Shown here: piece after piece, positions 1-9,395 of the stretch
Layout: each line of letters starts with the position of its first letter
How positions within the stretch are numbered: position 1 is the stretch's first letter
From: Escherichia phage T4
DNA: 64,000 bases
Direction: 5' to 3' (one strand)
Sequence record: OZ209057.1
The notes under the pieces: generated by a model
What the model saw: the letters and a program-made list of their open reading frames with translations, nothing else
Told to the model about the DNA's origin: nothing
The model's database searches: none
Program-made: the position numbers and the translations under genes

Positions 1-11
1 AATTTTCCTTA

Positions 12-2189
12 TTAGGCCGCAAGGGCCTTCATAGTTTTAGCGATTTGGGAAACTTCATCATCACTTAAAGAGTTGCGATAACCGATGAAGTCGGAAACAA
101 TACGGAATTTCTTGGTAAACTCAGCAACCATTTTATCACTGTTTTTTGAAGCATTATTTGATAATACATCAAAAAGATTAGTTACTGTCCAAATGTCATG
201 ACCGATGGTATCTTTTCCACCATTAAAATATACACCCTGTAATGAACTAACCATATTAGCGAGTCGTGTATATTCTTCAGAAACTTCATCTATACTGAAG
301 TACTTCATCATAAAATCTAACTCAGGATACTTGATAATTTTATCAATATATCGTTTAGCTGAACTTGAATAACCTACATACTTATCATAATCTACATCAT
401 CAAAAGCATCTACATATAAATCACGCAAAGCTTCAAAAATACATTGGCACTGACCGAGTTCTTTTACCTTTTTCTGTAAAAGCGGACGAATAACATAAAA
501 TTCATTAATGCCAATAAGATTAGCCATACGAATCAAAATATTCATAGATGGATGACAAAGAGATGTAGTACCATCCATAGAGAAAATATCAGAACGATGC
601 ATATACGCTACATAACCAGTAATTTCATCTGCTTCTGATGTGAGCGTAAATAATTCCTCTTTTTCCCAGCGCCCGTCTTTAATTTCAAACTTAAACGCTG
701 TAGCAGCTTTAGGACGAGGAGCTTTACTTTTAACTACCTTTGGAATATAACTTTTTACTAAAGCTTCAATTTCTGACAAATAATGAATGTTAACTTCATC
801 ACTTTCAAACATCGCCATAATATCAGGAAGCAAATCAATCTGCGATTCTACTTCTGGATTAATAAACAGAAGACGTTCGTTATGATGAATATTCAAAGTG
901 TTATTAAATTCACTATCATCTAACGCACGTGCTAATCCACGGACAATATTAACACGATTTTTAATATTATCAATAACGATATTAATTTTTGTTGTATTAA
1001 TACCAAACAGACGATAACTTGATGCAACGGCTGAAGTTTCATGACTTTGCTTAATGCGCTTCAGTCGAGGGTCAAGATTTACTTCATACACAACTCCCGC
1101 GTTGCATAACTTACTGTCAGGTTCAAACATGCTCTGCATCTTTTTATATGACAGATTTTTAGTCGTGAATTTGACTGAATTACTAATCATATAATCTCGA
1201 GCAGAATACCCCATCTTCATCAATTCACGATATGTGTGACGAGGAGATGTAGATTCTTTAAATCGTTTTACATCTTCATTAAATGCTTTCTCACTGAGTT
1301 CTTTAACTCGTTCAATAATATTTTTACGAGTGCGATCATCCAGTGAAAGAGCCTCGCGAGATGGAGCAATATCAAGTGAACCCATTGGAAACTTAATGTA
1401 ATTCACTTCATTGCGAATGCTTAGCCAGTTACGGTCTCTAATAACACCATCGATAGGATAAACAATACCACCGTAGATAGCATATAATCCACCACGATCA
1501 GGCCAGTATCTTTCTGGATTTACACCGTAATAGTCATCAAAATCCGGAAAATAATCAATTTCGCGGTCAAGACCATTAATGATAGCCAAATCTTTGAACG
1601 GTCGCATGATATAAGAAACTTCATAAGCAAAGTTTCTAAAGTCTTTTTCTTCAACTGGAACTACGATTTCAATACCAGTTTTATCATCTGGACCCATTTC
1701 TTTTACGAATGTAGGTTTAATCTGTGGACCATCACCATCCATGTAAGCTACATAACCACGAATTTCACCTTTATGATACGAAGTAATACTAAACGTATCA
1801 GTATAACTAAACGGAGATTTAGAACCTAAACCAAATCCGCCAATAAAGTCATTAGATTCAGCTTTAGATGAACTGAAGTATGAATTATACAACCCAGGAG
1901 AATTATCATCACCTTGAATATCAAAATCACTCATACCCGGACCAAAATCTCGACAAACAAATCGTGGGTCTAAACGTCCAGGAACTTGTATGATAAATTT
2001 TTCAGGATTTCCATTAAGTGCATGAGCATCAATCATGTTAGTAATCAATTCACGGACTACTGCGCGAATCTTGTTTGTATACAAATCAGATGACAGAATT
2101 TTAAATACTTTAGGAGATGCTGTGATGCTAAATGCTTTTGATTTAGAACCATTACCAAGAATTGTTTCTTTTTCAGTGGTGATAATCAT
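12..2189 (-). CDS. rIIA: rIIA protein (GHKL/Bergerat-fold ATPase-like N-terminus; rapid-lysis / Rex-exclusion phenotype)
   Basis: 725 aa ORF, the length I recall for T4 rIIA; N-terminal motifs [27 protein letters not shown] fit a GHKL ATPase fold. Confidence 0.93.
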   Translation of the reverse strand: MIITTEKETILGNGSKSKAFSITASPKVFKILSSDLYTNKIRAVVRELITNMIDAHALNGNPEKFIIQVPGRLDPRFVCRDFGPGMSDFDIQGDDNSPGLYNSYFSSSKAESNDFIGGFGLGSKSPFSYTDTFSITSYHKGEIRGYVAYMDGDGPQIKPTFVKEMGPDDKTGIEIVVPVEEKDFRNFAYEVSYIMRPFKDLAIINGLDREIDYFPDFDDYYGVNPERYWPDRGGLYAIYGGIVYPIDGVIRDRNWLSIRNEVNYIKFPMGSLDIAPSREALSLDDRTRKNIIERVKELSEKAFNEDVKRFKESTSPRHTYRELMKMGYSARDYMISNSVKFTTKNLSYKKMQSMFEPDSKLCNAGVVYEVNLDPRLKRIKQSHETSAVASSYRLFGINTTKINIVIDNIKNRVNIVRGLARALDDSEFNNTLNIHHNERLLFINPEVESQIDLLPDIMAMFESDEVNIHYLSEIEALVKSYIPKVVKSKAPRPKAATAFKFEIKDGRWEKEELFTLTSEADEITGYVAYMHRSDIFSMDGTTSLCHPSMNILIRMANLIGINEFYVIRPLLQKKVKELGQCQCIFEALRDLYVDAFDDVDYDKYVGYSSSAKRYIDKIIKYPELDFMMKYFSIDEVSEEYTRLANMVSSLQGVYFNGGKDTIGHDIWTVTNLFDVLSNNASKNSDKMVAEFTKKFRIVSDFIGYRNSLSDDEVSQIAKTMKALAA

Positions 2190-2199
2190 AATTTCCTCA

Positions 2200-2403
2200 T
2201 TAATTCATATTACGCTTAATAACTTCAGCAACTTCTAGTAGTTCATCTTTAGTTGCGGTGTCGGATTGAATTTTATCTCTAATATCTTTAAAGCGGGTTT
2301 TAAATTCTTCGGCTTCTCCCATATCGAAAAAGCGTTGAATGATTCTATATTCTCGATGAACTGCTTTATCAAAAAGTTCTAAATTTACTTTATATGATTT
2401 CAT
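2200..2403 (-). CDS. small hypothetical protein downstream of rIIA (rIIA.1 position)
   Basis: 67 aa ORF with ATG start, between early promoter at 2429..2458 and rIIA. Confidence 0.6.
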   Translation of the reverse strand: MKSYKVNLELFDKAVHREYRIIQRFFDMGEAEEFKTRFKDIRDKIQSDTATKDELLEVAEVIKRNMN

Positions 2404-2428
2404 TTCAATATCCTCATTTGCCCAATTA

Positions 2429-2458
2429 ATTATACCACATCCTTGTGGTAAAGTAAAC
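2429..2458 (-). promoter_or_regulatory. T4 early-type promoter (minus strand GTTTAC-N18-TATAAT)
   Basis: revcomp reads GTTTACTTTACCACAAGGATGTGGTATAAT; near-identical copy at 50093..50122. Confidence 0.7.
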
Positions 2459-2990
2459 TACTGGCTCATCCATTCTTTACGAAGGTCAGCATTATCTCCC
2501 ATGAGCATTTCAAAAAGCTCTTTCCAGTTCTCAGGAAGTTTAACAACATCATATACTGGGTTTTGAATCATCTCACGATATTCAGATTTTTCCAAAGAGC
2601 CAAGTCCCTTAATATAACGGATGCTATGTTTAGGTAGAGCATCTTTGGCACTCTCATATTCAGCGACTGTATAAAACCATTCTTGTTTTTTACCGACCTG
2701 AGCGATGATTACAGGAGTTTTGACAAAGCGAATTCGTCCTTGCTCAAACAATTCTGGCCAATTACTAAAAAATCCGAGCAGAGAAGGATAAATAGAACCT
2801 AATCCAATAATCTCTTAATTATGAGGTATTTCTATAGATAGCCCGAAGGCTATCCATCGTGATCTGCGTCTGTCATAATAGCGACATTCGCATAGTTCAT
2901 TGAAGAGGATTTAATAGAACGACGAACATTGTTCTGCAATTTATATTTTTTCATATCAACGCTAGAAGAATCAATTTTTACAAATTTCAT
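2458..2990 (-). CDS. 60: DNA topoisomerase II subunit gp60 (GyrB C-terminal-like), translated with a 50-nt ribosomal bypass: codons 1-46 = 2853..2990, codons 47-160 = 2461..2802, stop 2458..2460
   Basis: N-term MKFVKIDSSS...IMTDADHDG (TOPRIM DxD) ends at GGA followed by TAG; downstream frame LGSIYPSLLGFF...KEWMSQ resumes after a GGA; total 160 aa. Confidence 0.92.
2803..2852 (-). other. 50-nt coding gap of gene 60 (programmed translational bypass / ribosome hopping element)
   Basis: minus strand: GGA|TAG CCTTCGGGCTATC...TTATT GGA|TTA; take-off GGA 2853..2855, UAG stop, CUUCGG stem-loop, landing GGA 2803..2805, resume codon UUA 2800..2802. Confidence 0.88.
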
Positions 2991-3789
2991 TATACACCTC
3001 ATAGAACTTTTCATCAGGAATCCAACCGCGTTTAAATTCATTAAATGCTCGGCCGAATAATTTTGAATTCACAGTTATATTATTAACTGATTTCCATTTA
3101 GCAACTCCCGTTCGTTTATAATGATCGGGGTCATATTTCGTGACGTACCATTCATATAAATTTGGTATTAATTTTACAGCCTCTGGATTTGTCGCTGATT
3201 TATTATACCATGGTTTCGCTTTTTCAAGTTCAGCTGCTTTTGCAGTAGCAGCAACAGTATTTCCAATACCAACTAATTTTTCAGTTTTAATGCGTGGATC
3301 ATTAACATGAAGACGAAAAACTTCGCCCTTTTCATTTTTAAAGCATGTCATGCCTTTAATTCCAGGAAGCTTAACACCTTTATTAACACCGCACCATTCC
3401 TTTGGGTTAAATGATCCTTTAATTAATAAGGCGCATTTACCCGATTTAATACTTCTCATTAAAACTTTATCTTTCATAAAGTTTTTTGACCATTCAGATA
3501 CTGCTCTTTGATGGTAAATTCTAGCAATTTCATATAATTTACTAGAACGTAAATATTTTTCAGTGTTTAACATTCTATTCATCGCATATGCCATTTCACG
3601 ATTACGATGAATTTTATATAGTAGAAAATGTGCTAAAAAGTGTTCACGAAAAGTCAGTTTCACCAAATTTTCTTTATCATCAGAACCTCCCATTGATCTT
3701 GGAAGGATATGATGAATTTCACCCTTAAATTTAGAAACGCGGGTTTTACCCCGCACTATTAAGTCATTATAGATTTTTTCGTAATTCAC
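2971..3789 (-). CDS. mobA: HNH-family homing endonuclease (MobA-like) between genes 39 and 60
   Basis: 272 aa; EIHHILPRSMGGSDDKENLV HNH motif; paralogous to mobB/mobC/mobD in this window; first codon is GTG where paralogs have ATG; overlaps gene 39 end and gene 60 start. Confidence 0.8.
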   Translation of the reverse strand: MNYEKIYNDLIVRGKTRVSKFKGEIHHILPRSMGGSDDKENLVKLTFREHFLAHFLLYKIHRNREMAYAMNRMLNTEKYLRSSKLYEIARIYHQRAVSEWSKNFMKDKVLMRSIKSGKCALLIKGSFNPKEWCGVNKGVKLPGIKGMTCFKNEKGEVFRLHVNDPRIKTEKLVGIGNTVAATAKAAELEKAKPWYNKSATNPEAVKLIPNLYEWYVTKYDPDHYKRTGVAKWKSVNNITVNSKLFGRAFNEFKRGWIPDEKFYEVYNEICKN

Positions 3790-5317
3790 CTACTGTTATC
3801 CATTTACCATTAATCTGTACTTCATCATTTTCATTTACGATAATTGTATCGCCATTTAGCTCGAAAGTAAACCACTCGCCATCTTCTTTTTCTTCAAACG
3901 CTTTTTCACCGAGAACTAGACCAGTGATTGCGCAAATATCAAATAGTTCTTTGTTTTTAAGCATATCTGCATAAGACATACCCCAACTGTTGAGAACTTT
4001 ACCACGCAATGGATAACCACCGTGAAGTTCTTTATCACGAACATCAATAAGATATCCGATAGCCGAATCACCCTCAGTCAAGAAAAGAGTAGTATCAGCA
4101 TCTTTACCGCAAAGATTCGCTTTGATATGTTTATGAACCTTAGCTTTAGAAGCCTTTTTAGCTGCTTTAGTTTCTGCTGCTTTTTCTGCCGCCAATTTAC
4201 GAGCCAAAGCAGCTTCAATAATCGGCATTAGAATTGCTTCATTATTTAGAATAGCACGTGAAATCTTTTTAGCATCAAGTTGAATATGACTACGAATTTC
4301 GCCAAATGGAGAAGTCAAACGCTCTTTAGTTTGAGAATCAAATCGCATGTTTTTCATATCACGAACAAACATAACGATAGTCAAACATTCTTTGACACGT
4401 GCTTTAGTCACATCAATTTTGAACTTACGTTTGATTTGTGGAATAAGGTCTTCACAAATATCATCCATAGCGCAGTCAATGTGATGGCCACCATTCTTAG
4501 TATGAATGTTATTGACGTATGTTAATTGACGAAAACCATCCGGTGAACGACCAACCGCAATAGAACAATTTTCTTGCTCTTGAACAATAGCATGTTCATC
4601 ATACTGCCGTGCATATTTCTTAAAATTGCCCTGAACCTTTTTACCATTAAAGGTAAATTGAATATCAGGATAAACTACAGCAAGTGTCTGGAGACGATCC
4701 AGTGTAATGTCAAGATAAACTTGGGACAGCTCATTAGTTTCAAATGACATAAAATCAGGAATGAAAGTAACACGAGTTCCTTTCCATTTTCCAGGAATAT
4801 CTTCCCATGATTTATTTTCCATGCCATTTGAACAACGAACTACAATATTATTTTGACCGTCGCCAGTTTCACCGACAAACATCACAGAAAAAATGTTTGT
4901 CAAACTAGAACCAACACCGTTCATACCGCCGGTGACGCGTTCTTTATCATCACCAAAGTTACCACCTGCTTTTGGAATAGTCCATGCGGCAACAGGACCA
5001 GGAATTTCTTCACCGGTAGGTGTTTTAACCATCGCTTGTGGAATACCGCGACCGTTATCTTCAACTGTTACTTGATTGTTTTTAATAGTAACATTAATTT
5101 TATTCGCGAATTTAAACTTAGTACGAATACCTTCATCTACTGAGTTATCGATAATTTCATCAATAAGCTTAACAAGACCAGGTACATACTGAACACTTTC
5201 CCATTTACCAAACATAAAGCGCTCATGCGTTTCATTAGCAGAAGAGCCAATGTACATGCCACTACGCTTTTTGATATGTTCAATATCGCTCAGAATTTTA
5301 ATTTCATTCTTAATCAT
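3767..5317 (-). CDS. 39: DNA topoisomerase II large subunit gp39 (GyrB-like ATPase + start of TOPRIM)
   Basis: 516 aa from ATG at 5317; EDNGRGIP (ATP-lid G1), TEGDSA (TOPRIM) motifs; length matches T4 gp39 as recalled. Confidence 0.92.
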   Translation of the reverse strand: MIKNEIKILSDIEHIKKRSGMYIGSSANETHERFMFGKWESVQYVPGLVKLIDEIIDNSVDEGIRTKFKFANKINVTIKNNQVTVEDNGRGIPQAMVKTPTGEEIPGPVAAWTIPKAGGNFGDDKERVTGGMNGVGSSLTNIFSVMFVGETGDGQNNIVVRCSNGMENKSWEDIPGKWKGTRVTFIPDFMSFETNELSQVYLDITLDRLQTLAVVYPDIQFTFNGKKVQGNFKKYARQYDEHAIVQEQENCSIAVGRSPDGFRQLTYVNNIHTKNGGHHIDCAMDDICEDLIPQIKRKFKIDVTKARVKECLTIVMFVRDMKNMRFDSQTKERLTSPFGEIRSHIQLDAKKISRAILNNEAILMPIIEAALARKLAAEKAAETKAAKKASKAKVHKHIKANLCGKDADTTLFLTEGDSAIGYLIDVRDKELHGGYPLRGKVLNSWGMSYADMLKNKELFDICAITGLVLGEKAFEEKEDGEWFTFELNGDTIIVNENDEVQINGKWITVGELRKNL

Positions 5318-5369
5318 CACTTATCCTCGTTTGGTTTCGGGAATATTATACTCCGGTAATCATAAAGCT

Positions 5370-5388
5370 AAAGGCCCGAAGGCCTTTT
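5370..5388 (-). terminator. stem-loop with UUCG tetraloop in minus-strand transcript (RNA stability/terminator element)
   Basis: aaaggcc cgaa ggccttt palindrome between 39.1-like ORF and gene 39; weak U-run on minus strand. Confidence 0.5.
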
Positions 5389-5647
5389 ATTTAAAACGAA
5401 TAGTTGAATCCTTAAAGAACAGCCCAGAACATACTGTTCCTTCTACTTTCTGCCCGGTAGGTCCAATAGCACGAAATCCAGTATGCTGGAAATCATTTTC
5501 AGAGCAACCGAACCAATTATATCCAGTGATTTCAATATTAGTAAAACCACTTGAAGACAAAACTTTGGTTGCATTATCAGCATCAGTACATCCTATTAAA
5601 GACACTGCTAATACTAATGCTGCAATAGAACGATTAATATATTTCAT
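5387..5647 (-). CDS. predicted lipoprotein (39.1 position)
   Basis: 86 aa; signal peptide with lipobox LIGC (AALVLAVSLIGC). Confidence 0.6.
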   Translation of the reverse strand: MKYINRSIAALVLAVSLIGCTDADNATKVLSSSGFTNIEITGYNWFGCSENDFQHTGFRAIGPTGQKVEGTVCSGLFFKDSTIRFK

Positions 5648-5649
5648 AA

Positions 5650-5826
5650 TTACCCTTTAAGCAAGTCGTAAAATCCACCATTCACATGCTTAGGAGCGGA
5701 AACTAACCGAACAGCCAGCCGATGACAATCAGGACATACATCAGTATCTCTTTCAGAAATTTTCTTGATTTTTTCGTATTCTTTTGCACAGTCTTTGGAT
5801 TGACATTTATAATCATAAAGCGGCAT
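5650..5826 (-). CDS. 58-aa zinc-ribbon protein (CxxC...CPxC, FmdB-like)
   Basis: hand-translated ORF MPLYDYKCQSKDCAKEYEKIKKISERDTDVCPDCHRLAV...; below the 60-aa track cutoff. Confidence 0.5.
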   Translation of the reverse strand: MPLYDYKCQSKDCAKEYEKIKKISERDTDVCPDCHRLAVRLVSAPKHVNGGFYDLLKG

Positions 5827-5828
5827 AA

Positions 5829-6254
5829 TTATTCCTTAAAGTAAGCTTTCAACATCTGATATAAAGACCACGCCTGATCATTATTTTCAATAGTAACTTT
5901 CATGACTGGGAATTCTGTGAAATCTTCTATTTGTTCTTGCTCTTTCTCTTCCTGCTCTTGCTCTTCAACCGCCTGATATGGATTTTCCACTTCATCAAAG
6001 AACCCAGCTTCGTTAGTAGAGAGCCAGATAAAGTTTTCGTCAAGGATATCACCGCCGGCACAACGTTTGAGTACACCTATGGATGTCATAATTTTAGTAG
6101 GACGCCCAAGATAATCAGCATCTAAAATTTTAAAAGGCTCCATACCTAAACGTCGTGCATAGATTCCGTTATCAGTATGGTCTTTAATAAAATTTTCTTG
6201 AGCTTGTTTATTTTTAAATTGATACCATTTATTAACTTCAAATTTAATAGCCAT
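5829..6254 (-). CDS. goF: hypothetical protein, size/position consistent with T4 goF (comC-alpha)
   Basis: 141 aa ORF; acidic [11 protein letters not shown] stretch; assignment by size and synteny only. Confidence 0.5.
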
Positions 6255-6469
6255 TAATAAATTTCCTTCCAGTAAGTTGTGCCGTCTTCAGTAATTTCAC
6301 GAAATACACCATAAATTGGCTGTTTATCACCGACTTTCTCATACACATAAACAGAAGTCAAGTGAGTAAACTTGCTAGTATGTTCCTTTTGAACTACTAC
6401 CAAATTTGGATCAAATAATACATCTTCAAATTCATCATTAGTGCAATTCTGAACAATTTTACGTTTCAT
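6254..6469 (-). CDS. cef: hypothetical protein, size/position consistent with T4 cef
   Basis: 71 aa ORF with GAGGA Shine-Dalgarno; assignment by size and synteny only. Confidence 0.5.
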
Positions 6470-6568
6470 TACAATTTCCTCATTAATTGAACAGTGGAGC
6501 GATACGTTTCAGAAGAGTATCAACACCTTTAGCGAATTTTCCATTTTATTCTCCAAGTTGTTTTCTGT

Positions 6569-6611
6569 ATCAGTAGTTGATATTGATATAGTACCATAAT
6601 CAACTACTGAT
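6569..6611. repeat. perfect 13-bp inverted repeat (atcagtagttgat / atcaactactgat) flanking a 17-nt loop that contains a -10-like TACTATA element
   Basis: read directly; related to promoter-leader repeats at 26155.. and 54465.. Confidence 0.7.
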
Positions 6612-6639
6612 GTATATAGTTTTATGAAAAATTTAAACT

Positions 6640-7128
6640 TTATGCATAGAGAGCATTGCTATAGTGTTTAATCCAACTTTCAGGAATGACTTTGTATGTT
6701 CCTAAAAATACCACGTTGTACAACTTAACACCATCTTCTACCCATTGATCGGTAATGTATCCACACATAGCGCGAGTATAAACAACCCTTCCATCATCTT
6801 TAATAAAGTTAAATTCACAAGGAGCAATGAACTTGATAGCCTGACCGAGTTTCCACTTAAAGTCTACACCTACATGCGAAGTATCAATCGTTTCAATTCC
6901 TTTAGCAGGAACAGCTTTTAAAAACGCAGACTCAAGAAATTTCGCACGAACATAGCCAAACTGGGGTTTAGACTTTCCATCTTTAGGAATGATACGCACT
7001 TTTACTTCAGAATCTTCATCTTTAACACCATGCTTAAGCTGAATGCTTACAACTTCGACCAATTTTCCTGCTGCTTTAGAACGGGATTTATCAGATACAC
7101 GAGCTAATTCACCAATATTAATAATCAT
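6640..7128 (-). CDS. motB: hypothetical protein, size/position consistent with T4 motB
   Basis: 162 aa; C-terminus ITDQWVEDGVKLYNVVFLGTYKVIPES paralogous to the next ORF. Confidence 0.55.
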   Translation of the reverse strand: MIINIGELARVSDKSRSKAAGKLVEVVSIQLKHGVKDEDSEVKVRIIPKDGKSKPQFGYVRAKFLESAFLKAVPAKGIETIDTSHVGVDFKWKLGQAIKFIAPCEFNFIKDDGRVVYTRAMCGYITDQWVEDGVKLYNVVFLGTYKVIPESWIKHYSNALYA

Positions 7129-7172
7129 AGTTATCTCTCACTTGTTAAAAAGATTTTATACTCCACGGGACC

Positions 7173-7202
7173 ATTATACTCTGGTCCCAAGAGTTTGTAA
7201 AC
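7173..7202 (-). promoter_or_regulatory. early-type promoter GTTTAC-N18-TATAAT
   Basis: plus strand attata at 7173..7178 and gtaaac at 7197..7202; -10 sits between inverted repeat gggacc/ggtccc. Confidence 0.6.
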
Positions 7203-7204
7203 TA

Positions 7205-7636
7205 TTAATTCAAAATAGCTACCACTGCACTACGAGGAACTACGGAGTACTCTCCAGCATGAACTACGTTCAGAAGTTCAACGCCATCTTCAATCCATTG
7301 GTCAGTTACCCAACCACCAATCGGATTCGCAAATGGACGACGAATGTAAACTGCCTTACACAACAAATCAGTCGGGTCTTCAGGTTTTTCAATTTCTGTC
7401 AATAGATTAAAATCTTCTTCATAGATGATGAATGATGATACCCTTCCATAATAGTTTCTAATTTCCATGTACACTGTACCAATGAGAATTCCACTATTAA
7501 CACTAATGACAGTAAAAGGATATCCGCCAGTTGTACCAAGAAGTTCCCAAAATTTGCTATCAGTCGTATTCGACATTGTCTGAAAATCAATTTCAGATGG
7601 TTTTTTCATTTGATACGCAGTATTAATTTTAATCAT
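7205..7636 (-). CDS. hypothetical protein, paralog of the motB-like ORF (motB.1 position)
   Basis: 143 aa; shares VTDQWIEDGVELLNVV...Y.V.P with 6640..7128. Confidence 0.6.
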   Translation of the reverse strand: MIKINTAYQMKKPSEIDFQTMSNTTDSKFWELLGTTGGYPFTVISVNSGILIGTVYMEIRNYYGRVSSFIIYEEDFNLLTEIEKPEDPTDLLCKAVYIRRPFANPIGGWVTDQWIEDGVELLNVVHAGEYSVVPRSAVVAILN

Positions 7637-7646
7637 AATTTTCTCT

Positions 7647-8147
7647 TTAGTTTAAGGTAATAAAGCCTTTTAGTTCGGCATAGGATTTACGGAACATTAC
7701 TTGATGCCCGCCAATGATAACTTGGTCATCTGGTACTTCGTATACAGCAAGATAAAATCCTTTCGAAGCTAATTCTTCACGCTCTTCTCGTGTGAACCAT
7801 TTCATCATATCATATTCGCTAGCAAAAGCAAAATGATAAAGAGCTACAAACCATCCGGGAATATGATATTCTACTCCAACATAATCTTTCTTGAACTTAG
7901 TATTAATTACGATATTAGCATTTTTAACTAATAGTTTGTCTTCGTGCGGCACAGGAATTCTTTTATTATCATTACTATGATGCATAAAATTAGGTCTGTC
8001 ATAACCTACATGTAATAACCACTCTTCACTCCATGAATCTATTATACTTCTATACGGCGTTATTTGAACACAAAGATCTCGGCGTATTGTTATAGCGTCT
8101 TCATAATTAAGAATACTAAACGATGATTCAACACGATAAATTTTCAT
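7647..8147 (-). CDS. hypothetical protein (motB.2 position)
   Basis: ATG at 8147 downstream of promoter; track N-terminal extension is promoter read-through. Confidence 0.55.
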   Translation of the reverse strand: MKIYRVESSFSILNYEDAITIRRDLCVQITPYRSIIDSWSEEWLLHVGYDRPNFMHHSNDNKRIPVPHEDKLLVKNANIVINTKFKKDYVGVEYHIPGWFVALYHFAFASEYDMMKWFTREEREELASKGFYLAVYEVPDDQVIIGGHQVMFRKSYAELKGFITLN

Positions 8148-8174
8148 TTTATTATCCTCAGTAGCTATGGTGTT

Positions 8175-8204
8175 ATAGTACCACAACTAACCGAGGAAGT
8201 AAAC
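8175..8204 (-). promoter_or_regulatory. early-type promoter GTTTAC-N18-TACTAT
   Basis: plus strand atagta 8175..8180, gtaaac 8199..8204. Confidence 0.55.
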
Positions 8205-8210
8205 AACTTT

Positions 8211-8894
8211 TTATCGTTTTGTTGGAAGAGATAGAGGATCGCATTCTTCCTCTGATGGAGCATCTTCAAGACCCATAGCATATCGCAAAGCATACTTCAT
8301 CATCAGGATGTCTTTCGCACAGTCATGAATAGAATCATGTGCAACGAATCCATCTAAAGTTCCCTTTGGAAGAAGACACGTTGTCATATCACGAACAAGC
8401 AGAAGTGCTTCAATTCTAGTACGAATATCACGCTGATTCCAAAATTTACAAGGTTCTAACTTAAATGTATCAAGCTCATTCTCGGAAACGCCGTTAAGAC
8501 GTTGAATATCGCGAATAAGATCGACTAAAATTGGAAAATCAAACGACATTCCACGGCACCAGCCTTGAGATTTCCAAGGATCGATATTATGTGCATTGAT
8601 GTAATCATTAAATTTTGCAATACCGTCGATAGTGCTTACATCTTCATCGGATGGTGCAATATTTTTTCGAGCTTCAGGAGATTGATTCTTCCACCATTCG
8701 ATAGTACTTTTAGTAAAAAGACGGTGTCCTTTTTGGCTTTTTAAATCAAATTTGATTTTAATGCCACGTGAAACTAATTCATCGAATGTTTCAACTACTT
8801 CTGGATTAGGGTCAAAAGCAATTACAGCCAAATCAATAACCGCTGCTTTTTCACCACTTCCCATTGTTTCAAAATCTATAATAAAATCAAACAT
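8211..8894 (-). CDS. dexA: exonuclease A (DEDD-type 3'-5' exonuclease)
   Basis: 227 aa; N-term FIIDFETMGSG DEDD motif; size matches T4 DexA. Confidence 0.85.
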   Translation of the reverse strand: MFDFIIDFETMGSGEKAAVIDLAVIAFDPNPEVVETFDELVSRGIKIKFDLKSQKGHRLFTKSTIEWWKNQSPEARKNIAPSDEDVSTIDGIAKFNDYINAHNIDPWKSQGWCRGMSFDFPILVDLIRDIQRLNGVSENELDTFKLEPCKFWNQRDIRTRIEALLLVRDMTTCLLPKGTLDGFVAHDSIHDCAKDILMMKYALRYAMGLEDAPSEEECDPLSLPTKR

Positions 8895-9151
8895 TAAATT
8901 TTCCTCGCTAAATCACGAATTTGACCTACAGTATAGTCTTGAATATAAACTTTATTAATAGGCTCATCAATAAATTTTGCCATAGATTCAATATCTTTTT
9001 GTATTTCTTCAAGACTGTATACTATCTTTGAAGCTTTTTCGCGAATAGTGATATTTTCAGGACCCGGATTTTCTTGAATGACAACTTTAACATTTGTCAT
9101 AAGAGATTTAAACTGGTACCAACTTAATTCAATCATTAATAATCGCCTCAT
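8894..9151 (-). CDS. hypothetical protein (dexA.1 position)
   Basis: 85 aa; paralogous to next ORF (LEEIQKD / INKVYIQDYTVGQI). Confidence 0.55.
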   Translation of the reverse strand: MRRLLMIELSWYQFKSLMTNVKVVIQENPGPENITIREKASKIVYSLEEIQKDIESMAKFIDEPINKVYIQDYTVGQIRDLARKI

Positions 9152-9389
9152 AAAGATAGCTAATTTCGCCTAAAACATAATCATTGATTGTAACAGTTTT
9201 AACTTCACCGCAAAAGAATTCTAACGCAATTAAATCTCGTTCAATTTCTTCTAATTGAAGCATCAACTTACTAGATTCAATTTTTACAGTTTCACGATTT
9301 TTGCTATAAGCTATTTCATAAATTTCGCTTACTTTATCTTGAAGAAGATAAAACTGATCTTTAGTTATTTCCACGAATAGCTTCCTCAA
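9129..9389 (-). CDS. hypothetical protein (dexA.2 position)
   Basis: 86 aa; LEEIERD / TINDYVLGEI shared with 8894..9151. Confidence 0.55.
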   Translation of the reverse strand: MRKLFVEITKDQFYLLQDKVSEIYEIAYSKNRETVKIESSKLMLQLEEIERDLIALEFFCGEVKTVTINDYVLGEISYLYEAIIND

Positions 9390-9395
9390 ATTTAA

